Origin: Gemmatimonadaceae bacterium
GTDB taxonomy: Bacteria; Gemmatimonadota; Gemmatimonadetes; Gemmatimonadales; Gemmatimonadaceae
Assembly (NCBI GenBank): GCA_046153705.1
Contig: JBJXGK010000076.1
Span: forward strand, 1,247 to 65,246
Reading direction: 5' to 3'
Length of the DNA stretch: 64,000 nt
Shown here: piece by piece, positions 1 to 8,312 of the stretch
Numbering within the stretch: position 1 is the first letter of the stretch
Layout of the letters: every line of letters starts with the position of its first letter
The notes under the pieces: model-generated
Told to the model about the DNA's origin: nothing
Databases searched by the model: none
What the model saw: the letters and a program-made list of their open reading frames with translations, nothing else
Program-made: the position numbers and the translations under genes

Positions 1-554
1 GTGCCCACGCCGATCGTGTCGGCGATGCTGAGTTCGTCGACGCCCATCGCCAACAACTCCCGCGCGACACGCACCACGGCCTCGGGCGCCACGGCACCCT
101 CGTACGGGCAGCCGAGCGCACAGGAGACGGTGCCACGCACATGCAGGCCAGCGGCACGCGCCGCGGCGACCACCGGACGAAAGCGATCCAGCGACTCGGC
201 GATCGAACAGTTGATGTTCTTCTGCGAGAAGGTCTCGCTCGCCGAGCCGAAGACACAGATGGAGTCCGCCTTGGCGGCCAGCGCACCCTCGAGCCCCCGC
301 TGGTTGGGCGTGAGCACCGCGTACCGCACCCCCGCGCGACGCGTGATGCTCGCCATCACCTCGGCCGCGTCGGCCATCTGCGGGACGGCCCTGGGCGAGA
401 CGAACGACGTCACCTCGATCGTGCGGAAGCCGGCGGCACTCAAGCGGTCGACGAGCGCGATTTTGTCAGCCGCCGGTAAGATGGTCTTCTCGTTCTGCAG
501 ACCATCGCGCGGTGCGACTTCGACGATATGGACGTAGCGATCGGGAGCGGGCAC
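1..554 (-). CDS. hmgL: Hydroxymethylglutaryl-CoA lyase (HMG-CoA lyase), 5' part; runs off the window's left edge
   Basis: Not in the ORF track. My own minus-strand translation from GTG 554 gives VHIVEVAPRDGLQNEK...IEVTSFVSPRAVPQMAD...SETFSQKNINCS...VSCALGCPYEG...IADTIG, the DRE-TIM HMG-CoA lyase motifs. Confidence 0.93.
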   Translation of the reverse strand, partial: MPAPDRYVHIVEVAPRDGLQNEKTILPAADKIALVDRLSAAGFRTIEVTSFVSPRAVPQMADAAEVMASITRRAGVRYAVLTPNQRGLEGALAAKADSICVFGSASETFSQKNINCSIAESLDRFRPVVAAARAAGLHVRGTVSCALGCPYEGAVAPEAVVRVARELLAMGVDELSIADTIGVG

Positions 555-718
555 GTGGTTCGGGCGAAGTGAGACCCAGCACTACGGGTGCGCTGAGCAT
601 ACGCGCGCTCCTACAATCTGATGGGTGCGCGGCGCGTTGTCAGTCGGCCACACGGACGCGACATTTCCCGACGCCTCGAAGTCGGAGTGCCGTATCCCCC
701 CTCTCAGTGGGCGTTCTT

Positions 719-1615
719 GTGTCCGTGATCGTCGAACGCACGCCTCGCGCGGGCTTCCGCACTCGCTTCGCGCCGGCGCCGACAGGGCATCTCCACCTCG
801 GCCACGCGGTGAACGCGGTCTGGGTGTGGGGGCTCGCGCAGGCCTTCAACGGCCGCGTGATCCTCCGACTCGAGGACCACGACCGCGGTCGCTGTCGTGC
901 GGAGTACGAACGTTCCATCCTCGATGATCTCGACTGGCTGGGCCTGGTGCCCGATGGTGCCACACCGGCGACGTTCCGCGCGGGCTCGCACCCTCAGCGA
1001 CAGAGCGACAACACCGAACGTTATGCCGCACGGCTCGCCGCGCTCCAAGCGCGCGGTCTCGTCTACGCCTGCCGCTGCTCACGCGCCGAGATCGCATCGC
1101 CGGTGTATCCGAGTACGTGTCGACATGCCGCGGTTCCCACCGAATCCACGCCTGCTCGCCGCGTGCTCATGGACGGCGCTCAGCCGGAGTTGTTCGATGA
1201 CCTGCGACTCGGCGCACAGTCGCAGGACCCGATGGCGCAGTGTGGCGACCTTCTCGTGCGCGACCGAGCCGGGAACTGGACCTACCAGTTCGCCGTGGTG
1301 GTCGATGATCTCGAACAAGGCATCGATCTCATCGTCCGCGGTGAGGACCTGCTCGACTCCACCGGACGGCAGTTCCGTCTGGCACGGCTCCTCAACCGAG
1401 AGACGATGCCACACGTGCTCCATCATCCGCTGGTATGGCATCCGGATGGGCGCAAACTGAGCAAGTCGGCCGGCGACACCGGACTGCGTGAACTGCGTGC
1501 GGCGGGTCGTAGCCCCGCCGAGGTGCTCGGGCGTGCAGCGCATCTTGGTGGTCTCGCCGATTCGCCGCGCCCGATCCCGGCGGCGGCGCTCGGTGGCCTG
1601 TTCGATCGTTCGTGA
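719..1615 (+). CDS. gluQ: tRNA glutamyl-Q(34) synthetase (GluQRS); catalytic domain only, no anticodon-binding domain
   Basis: RFAPAPTGHLHLGH (HIGH-like), LRLEDHD, CxC..Y..C zinc knuckle, YQFAVVVDD, RGEDL and KLSKS; about 300 aa. Start refined to GTG 719 within ORF 512..1615. Confidence 0.88.
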   Translation: MSVIVERTPRAGFRTRFAPAPTGHLHLGHAVNAVWVWGLAQAFNGRVILRLEDHDRGRCRAEYERSILDDLDWLGLVPDGATPATFRAGSHPQRQSDNTERYAARLAALQARGLVYACRCSRAEIASPVYPSTCRHAAVPTESTPARRVLMDGAQPELFDDLRLGAQSQDPMAQCGDLLVRDRAGNWTYQFAVVVDDLEQGIDLIVRGEDLLDSTGRQFRLARLLNRETMPHVLHHPLVWHPDGRKLSKSAGDTGLRELRAAGRSPAEVLGRAAHLGGLADSPRPIPAAALGGLFDRS

Positions 1616-1660
1616 AGACGCGAGATTGCGCGGCATGATCCCCCCGCGTTCTCTCGCTCG

Positions 1661-3031
1661 GTGAATCCGACACTCCTGGCGCTGCCCGCGTTCCTCGCAT
1701 TGCAGCTGGGGATCGGCGTGTGGGTCTCGCGCCGCATCGCGTCAGAGAGCGACTACCTCGTCGCAGGGCGGAAGCTCGGCTACGTCCTGACGACGGCGTC
1801 GATCTTCGCCTCGTGGTTCGGCGCCGAGACGATCATCGGCTCCGCGGGTGAGGTCTACAGCAACGGGCTCTCACTCGCCTCGGCGGAGCCGTTCGGGTAC
1901 GGGCTCTGCCTCGTGCTCATGGGCGCGTTCCTCGCGCGCGCGTTCTGGAGCCGTGGACTCACCACCGTTGCCGACCTGTATCGCCAACGCTTCGGTGTTC
2001 CGGTGGAGCGGCTCGCTGCGGTGATGCTCATCCCGAGCTCGGTGCTCTGGGCTGCGGCGCAGGTGCGTGCGTTCGGCACGGTGATCGCCACCGCCACCCC
2101 GATCTCGGTCGAGACGGCGATCACGCTGGCAGCGGTGTTCATCGTCGCGTACACCGCGTGGGGCGGTTTGATGGCGGATGCGGTCACCGATGTGCTGCAG
2201 GGCGGCGTACTGACGTTCGGGCTCGTCACGATGCTCGTCGCTGTCGTCGTGCAGGTCGGTGGCCCGGGCGACGCGTGGACGATCATCGCCGCGGCCGACC
2301 GTGTCGACCTATCGCCGGCGGCGGCCGGTCCCTGGCTCGAGACTGTCGAGGCGTGGGCGATCCCGGTGTTCGGGTCGCTCACCGCGGCCGAGATCGTGAG
2401 TCGAGTGATCGCGGCGCGATCCCCGACCGTCGCGCAGCGCTCGTCACTGCTGGCGGGCGCGTGCTACATCACCATCGGACTCATTCCTGTGGTCGTCGCG
2501 CTGCTCGGTGTGCACGTGGTCCCTGCATTGGAGAACCCCGAGCAACTCCTCCCGACCATCGCGCGCGACGCGCTGCCGCCGCTGCTCTTCGCGGTGTTCA
2601 TGGGCGGCCTGATCTCCGCGATCCTCTCCACCGTGGACTCCACACTGCTCGTCGCATCCGGCTTGCTGTCGCACAACCTGATCATCCCGCTCGCGCGGAT
2701 CACCGACGAACGGCGAAAGCTGCGTCTGTCTCGCTACTGTGTCGGATTCTTCGGGCTCGTCGCTTACGCACTCGCGCTCGGTGCGGAGAGTGTGTTCGCG
2801 CTGGTAGAGGAAGCGTCGGCGTTCGGAAGTGCAGGCGTCGTGGTGACGGTGTTGTTCGCGTTGCTCACGCCGTGGGGCTCGGCGCGCACGGCGGCCGTGA
2901 CGCTCCTCGGCGGCGTGGTCTCGTACGTCGGGGCGGTGTCGCTGGGATCGTCGACACCCTTCATCCTCTCGCTCGCGGCGGCACTCCTTCTCTGGGGCCT
3001 CGGATGCCTGATCGACGTCAAAGCGCGCTGA
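1661..3031 (+). CDS. Sodium:solute symporter (SSS) family transporter
   Basis: Many hydrophobic segments; SDYLVAGRKLG, ASWFGAETIIG, SAILSTVDS motifs typical of the SSS family. Confidence 0.9.
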   Translation: MNPTLLALPAFLALQLGIGVWVSRRIASESDYLVAGRKLGYVLTTASIFASWFGAETIIGSAGEVYSNGLSLASAEPFGYGLCLVLMGAFLARAFWSRGLTTVADLYRQRFGVPVERLAAVMLIPSSVLWAAAQVRAFGTVIATATPISVETAITLAAVFIVAYTAWGGLMADAVTDVLQGGVLTFGLVTMLVAVVVQVGGPGDAWTIIAAADRVDLSPAAAGPWLETVEAWAIPVFGSLTAAEIVSRVIAARSPTVAQRSSLLAGACYITIGLIPVVVALLGVHVVPALENPEQLLPTIARDALPPLLFAVFMGGLISAILSTVDSTLLVASGLLSHNLIIPLARITDERRKLRLSRYCVGFFGLVAYALALGAESVFALVEEASAFGSAGVVVTVLFALLTPWGSARTAAVTLLGGVVSYVGAVSLGSSTPFILSLAAALLLWGLGCLIDVKAR

Positions 3032-4191
3032 TCGGGGCGGCCTTCCTCATGGCGACCTCGGCCATCGGCCCGGGGTTCCTCACGCAGACCGCCGTGTTCA
3101 CCGAACGGCTCGGACCCAGCTTCGGCTTCGCGATCCTCGTGAGCATCCTCATCGACCTCGCGGCGCAGCTGAACATCTGGCGCGTGCTGACGGTCACCGG
3201 GAAACGCGCGGGCGATGTCGCGAACGCCGTGACACCCGGGCTCGGCACCGTACTCGCGGTGCTGGTCGCCCTTGGTGGCCTCGCATTCAACATCGGGAAT
3301 GTGGCTGGTGCCGGACTCGGACTGGAGGTCGCGTTCGGTCTCCCGGTGTGGCTCGGTGCCGTGCTGAGTGCGACACTGGCGGTCGCGCTGTTCCTCGTGA
3401 AGGAGGCCGGACGCGCGATGGATCGCTTCGCGATCGCGCTCGGGTTCGTGCTCGTCGCGTTGACATGGTACGTCGCGTTCGCGTCGTCACCTCCGATCGC
3501 CGAAGCTGCTCGCCGCACCTTCGCGCCATCCACCATCGACGTCCTCTCGATCGTGACCATCGTCGGCGGCACGGTGGGCGGCTACATCACGTTCGCCGGA
3601 GCCCATCGACTGGTGGACGCGGGCGTCCATGGCATCGACGCGCTGCCCACGGTCACCCGATCGGCCGCGACGGCGATCGGTATCGCGTCGCTGATGCGGA
3701 CGGTGCTGTTCCTCGCGGCGCTCGGTGTGGTCAGTCGTGGACTCGTTCTCGAGGCGGCGAATCCACCGGCGTCGGTGTTCCGGCACGCCACCGGTGAAGT
3801 CGGATATCGGGTCTTCGGTATCGTCATGTGGAGTGCGGCTATCACGTCGGTGGTCGGCGCCGCGTATACATCGGTGAGCTTCCTGCGCGACCTGCACCCG
3901 GCACTCGAGCGGCACTGGGCTCGCGTCGTGATCGTGTTCATCGCCGTATCCGCCGTCAGCTTCCTGTGGATCGGTCGTCCGGTGAAGACGCTGGTCCTGG
4001 TCGGCGCACTCAACGGGCTCATCCTTCCGCTCGCACTCGCCGCGATGCTGCTGGCGGCGCACCAGACGCGCATCGTCGGGGCGTATCGACACCCGAAGGC
4101 GCTCACCGCACTTGGGTGGCTCGTCGCGGCGATGATGGCCGCTGCGGGCGGGTGGGTCCTCTGGCGCGACCTCCCGTCGCTGTTCCGCTAG
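3004..4191 (+). CDS. NRAMP-superfamily transporter, YcsG-like
   Basis: LMATSAIGPGFLTQT and GGTVGGYITF resemble B. subtilis YcsG-type NRAMP-like permeases. True start is ATG 3004, overlapping the SSS gene by 28 nt; the upstream part of ORF 2158..4191 is spurious. Confidence 0.8.
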   Translation: MPDRRQSALIGAAFLMATSAIGPGFLTQTAVFTERLGPSFGFAILVSILIDLAAQLNIWRVLTVTGKRAGDVANAVTPGLGTVLAVLVALGGLAFNIGNVAGAGLGLEVAFGLPVWLGAVLSATLAVALFLVKEAGRAMDRFAIALGFVLVALTWYVAFASSPPIAEAARRTFAPSTIDVLSIVTIVGGTVGGYITFAGAHRLVDAGVHGIDALPTVTRSAATAIGIASLMRTVLFLAALGVVSRGLVLEAANPPASVFRHATGEVGYRVFGIVMWSAAITSVVGAAYTSVSFLRDLHPALERHWARVVIVFIAVSAVSFLWIGRPVKTLVLVGALNGLILPLALAAMLLAAHQTRIVGAYRHPKALTALGWLVAAMMAAAGGWVLWRDLPSLFR

Positions 4192-4278
4192 GGCGCTCGT
4201 CGCGACGCAGCTCGTCCCACTCCTCGCTCCCGCCCCCTGCGCGAAGTACCTTCTCCGAGTCCCCTTCTGGAGTCGGCG

Positions 4279-5427
4279 ATGAGTCAGGACCGTCGGTCGT
4301 TCATTCGCACCTTGGGAGTCGGTGGTGCTGGCGCGCTCTCGCTGCCAGCGTGGATCAGCGCGCGCGGCCTCGAGGCAGGCACACACGCTGAGCCGAGCGC
4401 GGTCGCGGCGGCCTCACGAGCCAGTGGCGTCATCAAACTGGACTCCAACGAGAATCCCAACGGGCCGGTGCCGGCCGTGATCCGCGAGGTGCAGAGGAGC
4501 TTCCGCGCGGCGGCGCTCTACCCCGCCCGTTCGGAGCAGCCGGTGCGCGACGCGATCGCCAAGGCGAACGCACTCAAGAGCGACCAGATCATGCTGGGCT
4601 GTGGTTCCGGCGAAGTGCTCCGCTTGGCCGTGCAGGCGTTTTGCTCACCGTCGAAGCATCTCGTGTCCGCGCTGCCCAGCTTCGAGTCGCCGGCACAGTA
4701 CGCACGTGTGCTGGGCTTGCCCGTTCAAGAGATCCCGCTGGACAGCGAGTTGCGGATCGACCTCGCGGCGATGGCCCGGGCGTCGCGAGGCGCGGGGCTG
4801 GTATTCCTCTGCAATCCGAACAACCCCACGGGCCACGTGCACAGCGCGGCCGCGGTGAAGGGCTTCATCGATGACGTGCTGCGCACTGACCCTGAAGTGG
4901 TCGTGCTCGTCGACGAGGCATACCATGAGTTCGTCGACGATCCCTCCTACGCCACGGCTGTCCCGATGATCGCCAGCACGCCGCGTGTGTTCGTGTCGCG
5001 GACGTTCTCGAAGATCTACGGCATGGCGGGCATGCGGCTCGGCTACGCGCTCGGCGCTCCGGCCACGCTCACCAGGATGGAACGCCTTCGCCTTCCCAAC
5101 GGCATCGGTAGCCTGACCCAGGTCGCCGGTCTCGCGGCGATGAGTGACCCGGCACAGCTCGCCAAGGAACAGCGTGAGAACCGGGCCGCGCGCGCGTTCA
5201 CCACCAAGTGGTTCACCGATGCGGGGTTCGCCGTGGTGCCCTCGCAGACGAACTTCATCCTGGTCCGACTGAACCGCGACGCGGCGGCCTTCGGCGCCGC
5301 GTGCGCCAAACACGATGTGTTTGTGGGTCGAGTCTTCCCTCCACTCATGACGCATACCCGCATCTCCATCGGTACGATGGACGAGATGCAGCGCGCGGTA
5401 CAGGTGTTCAAGCAAGTGCTCGCGTAG
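4279..5427 (+). CDS. HisC-like class I/II PLP aminotransferase with an N-terminal twin-arginine (Tat) signal
   Basis: MSQDRRSFIRTLG followed by a hydrophobic stretch; LDSNENP, NPNNPTG, DEAY and SRTFSKIYGMAGMRLGY (PLP lysine). Confidence 0.88.
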   Translation: MSQDRRSFIRTLGVGGAGALSLPAWISARGLEAGTHAEPSAVAAASRASGVIKLDSNENPNGPVPAVIREVQRSFRAAALYPARSEQPVRDAIAKANALKSDQIMLGCGSGEVLRLAVQAFCSPSKHLVSALPSFESPAQYARVLGLPVQEIPLDSELRIDLAAMARASRGAGLVFLCNPNNPTGHVHSAAAVKGFIDDVLRTDPEVVVLVDEAYHEFVDDPSYATAVPMIASTPRVFVSRTFSKIYGMAGMRLGYALGAPATLTRMERLRLPNGIGSLTQVAGLAAMSDPAQLAKEQRENRAARAFTTKWFTDAGFAVVPSQTNFILVRLNRDAAAFGAACAKHDVFVGRVFPPLMTHTRISIGTMDEMQRAVQVFKQVLA

Positions 5428-5445
5428 CGGAGCGCGGCTCCGGTC

Positions 5446-6582
5446 GTGCGCGTGTCGAACCGTCCTCGCTGGGATGACCATCCGGACCTCGAGCTCCCCT
5501 CACTCACCGGTGAGCAGCACGCCGAGGTCTGTGTCGTTGGACTCGGAGGGAGCGGCCTGTCATGCATCACCGAGGCGCTGGCGCTCGGTGCGCGGTCGGT
5601 GATCGGTATCGACGCGGTGGGCATCGCGGCGGGCGCAGCGGGACGCAACGGCGGCTTCTTGCTCTCCGGCACCGCCGACTATCACCACGATGCGGTCGCA
5701 CGGTTCGGCCGCGAGCGTGCGGTGGCGATGACACGGCTCACGATCGACGAGATCGAGCGGATCCGCGCCGAAGTGCCTGACGCGGTCCGCGTCACAGGAT
5801 CTCTGCGCATCGCCTCGGACGCCGAAGAGCTCGATGACTGCGAGCGGCAGCGTGCACAGATGACGGCCGACGGCTTCGCGTGCGAGGCGTACGTCGGTCC
5901 TGAGGGTCATGGCATCGTGATGCACGCGGACGCGGTCTTCCATCCGGTGCGTCGGGCGCGGACGATTGCGCAGCGTGCGCTGCAGGCAGGAGTGCGGCTC
6001 TTCGCTACGTCGCCGGTCCACGCCATCGAATCCACCGACGGCCCGCGCGTGCGCACCGACGGCGGTGTGGTCCGCGCGAAGCACCTGATCATCTGCGTGG
6101 ACGGGGGCCTCGAGCGGCTCGTGCCTGCGCTGGCGGGTGAAGTCCGCACCGCACGCCTGCAGATGTTGGCGACGGCGCCCGAGACCACGGTGCGATTCAC
6201 GCGTCCCGTTTCGACGCGCGACGGATTCGACTACTGGCAGCAGTTACCCGATGGCTGCATCGCACTCGGAGGTGGGCGGGACGTGGCACCCGATACCGAG
6301 TGGACCCACGACGCGACACCCACGCCGGCGATCCAGCAGTATCTCGAACAGACGTTGCGCCAGAAGCTCGGGGTACATGCGTCGATCACCCACCGCTGGG
6401 CGGCCTCCGTGAGCTACACCAGCACCGGAGTCCCCGTGTTCCGGTCACTCGGCGACGGCGTGCAGGTGGTGGGCGGGTACAGCGGGACCGGCAACGTCGT
6501 GGGCGCTTTACTGGGTCGCGCCGCGGCGCAGCGCGCCCTCACCGGCCGATCATCGCTCGCCGCTGCGTTTCTTCCCCAGTGA
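5446..6582 (+). CDS. FAD-dependent oxidoreductase (DAO/PuuB-like amine or amino-acid oxidase family)
   Basis: VCVVGLGGSGLS Rossmann motif, GAAGRNGGF and C-terminal GYSGTG. Confidence 0.85.
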   Translation: MRVSNRPRWDDHPDLELPSLTGEQHAEVCVVGLGGSGLSCITEALALGARSVIGIDAVGIAAGAAGRNGGFLLSGTADYHHDAVARFGRERAVAMTRLTIDEIERIRAEVPDAVRVTGSLRIASDAEELDDCERQRAQMTADGFACEAYVGPEGHGIVMHADAVFHPVRRARTIAQRALQAGVRLFATSPVHAIESTDGPRVRTDGGVVRAKHLIICVDGGLERLVPALAGEVRTARLQMLATAPETTVRFTRPVSTRDGFDYWQQLPDGCIALGGGRDVAPDTEWTHDATPTPAIQQYLEQTLRQKLGVHASITHRWAASVSYTSTGVPVFRSLGDGVQVVGGYSGTGNVVGALLGRAAAQRALTGRSSLAAAFLPQ

Positions 6583-6588
6583 CCCGCA

Positions 6589-8229
6589 TCAACGCGTGCC
6601 GGTGTCTCCGCGCGGTCCGATATCTCCGCGCGGTCCGTCCTGCCTGAGCAGCAGCGTCTGTGTCGGGAAGGCGAAACTCGCACCAGCGCCTTCGACGACG
6701 CGCATGATGCCGAGCAGGTGTTCTTCACGTATTCGCCGGAACTCGTCGACGTCGGGCGTGTCGACCCAGCAGAACGCCTCCATGTCGAGTGTCGACACGC
6801 CGAACTGGAGGAAACGAACCACGATGCGGCCAGGCCAGGTCGTAGGATGGGACTTCAGCAACGCCTCGACCTGATCGCGGATCTGCGTCATCTGCGCGGC
6901 GCTCGTGCGGTACTCCAGACCGAACACCGTACGGAAACGGATCCGGTCGCGGGGCCCGAAGTTCTCCGCGCGTGAGTCCGCGAGGCGGCCATTGGGGAAA
7001 CTCACGACAGTACGTTCCAGCGTCCGCACACGAGTGGAGCGTAGCCCGATCGCCTCCACTTCGCCTTCGACGCCATCGACGATCACCCAGTCTCCCACTC
7101 GGAACGGTTGGTCGATGCCGATCGACACCGAGCCGAAGAAGTGCTCCAAGGACTTCTGCGCGCCGAGTGCCACCGCGATGCCGCCGATGCCCAAGCCGGC
7201 CAGCAGCGTCGCGATCGGATACCCGAAGCTCGCGACCACCGACAGCGCGCCTAGCACCACGACGAGGAGGCGGGCCACGCGTGCACCGAGCGGGATGAGC
7301 GAACGCAGCGCGGGATGTGTGGTCCCCCAGGCGCTCACCGGCAACGCCTGCTGCAGCACACTGATCACTCGGAGCAGGATCCAGAAGAACGCCACGACCG
7401 CGGTCGCGCGCTGCAGGTCGACGACGAACCGCTCCGCGGGGCTCGGCAGCGCGATCCACCGCAGCATCAGCCGCGAGGCTGCGACGCCGATGAGCAGCAC
7501 GATCGGCCCGCGCAGCGATCCGACGAGGATATCGTCGAGTTCGGTGTCGGTCTTGCTCACGAGTCTCCTGAGCAGCGCCTGCGTCGGCCCGGCGAGCAGG
7601 AAACCGATCATCGCGGCGAGCGGGATCAGAGTGAGCAGCGCGATCCACTGCCACCACTGCACGTCGAACGGTCCGGATTCGAGGAGCGCCGGCGGCAGAT
7701 GCTCCCGCACCCACGCATCCGGCAGTCCCTCGTAGAGCGCGTCGACATCGGCCATCGTGCCTGCGGAGAACACCCAGCGTCTCGCGTCATCGCGTCGTAC
7801 CCGTGCGAGCCGGAGCGTGCGTTCGCGACCGGCGATCGCCACCACTCCGAGCGTCTCGCGGTCGACCGGTAGTCCGTCGGCCGTGTCGCCGATCGCGAGC
7901 GGGCTGAGTCGTTCGAGATCCATCCACAGCCGCGAATCGAGCACGGCGAAGAGCCGCCGCGCGAGATCGTCGGCGCGGGAGGTATCGATCCCGGTGAGGT
8001 CGAGTGCAGTGGCGGCGCGCGGCAGGTCGTTGGCCCGCATGGCCGCGAAGAACCCTTCGACGGCGGCGCGAGGCGACGCGGGATCGACCACGGTGACGGT
8101 CGGGGGCGCCGTGTCGGGGGCCGGTTCCCCCATCCGCCCCGATGCACTCTGGGCCGGGCTGGTCGCGGTGGATACGGCGAGCCCCAAGAGGGCGGCGAAG
8201 AGACGATGAAGAGCGCGCGGCGAGAGCAT
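6589..8229 (-). CDS. MscS-family mechanosensitive channel with an N-terminal periplasmic domain
   Basis: LLAGLGIGGIAVALGAQKSLEHFFGS, PFRVGDW and IGLRSTRVRT motifs; C-terminal FAFPTQT; signal peptide from ATG 8229. Confidence 0.92.
   Translation of the reverse strand: MLSPRALHRLFAALLGLAVSTATSPAQSASGRMGEPAPDTAPPTVTVVDPASPRAAVEGFFAAMRANDLPRAATALDLTGIDTSRADDLARRLFAVLDSRLWMDLERLSPLAIGDTADGLPVDRETLGVVAIAGRERTLRLARVRRDDARRWVFSAGTMADVDALYEGLPDAWVREHLPPALLESGPFDVQWWQWIALLTLIPLAAMIGFLLAGPTQALLRRLVSKTDTELDDILVGSLRGPIVLLIGVAASRLMLRWIALPSPAERFVVDLQRATAVVAFFWILLRVISVLQQALPVSAWGTTHPALRSLIPLGARVARLLVVVLGALSVVASFGYPIATLLAGLGIGGIAVALGAQKSLEHFFGSVSIGIDQPFRVGDWVIVDGVEGEVEAIGLRSTRVRTLERTVVSFPNGRLADSRAENFGPRDRIRFRTVFGLEYRTSAAQMTQIRDQVEALLKSHPTTWPGRIVVRFLQFGVSTLDMEAFCWVDTPDVDEFRRIREEHLLGIMRVVEGAGASFAFPTQTLLLRQDGPRGDIGPRGDTGTR
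6605..6637 (-). repeat. Two copies of a 15-bp unit at an 18-bp period in the MscS 3' end (encodes GPRGDIGPRGDTG)
   Basis: TCTCCGCGCGGTCCG at 6605-6619 and 6623-6637. Confidence 0.85.
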
Positions 8230-8312
8230 CCCGCAACCTCGACAGCAGTGGCCCCCACCGCAACCCTCTGCCGACCCGCTAACTTTCGTCATAGACCCTG
8301 ACCCCGCGACCG

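Noticed and set aside
1-537. Plus-strand 178-aa ORF at the window start
   Set aside because: It is the shadow of the minus-strand HMG-CoA lyase, which carries all the family motifs.
2158-3003. Apparent N-terminal extension making a 677-aa transporter
   Set aside because: It is an off-frame overlap with the SSS gene with Arg-rich junk composition; the real protein starts at ATG 3004.
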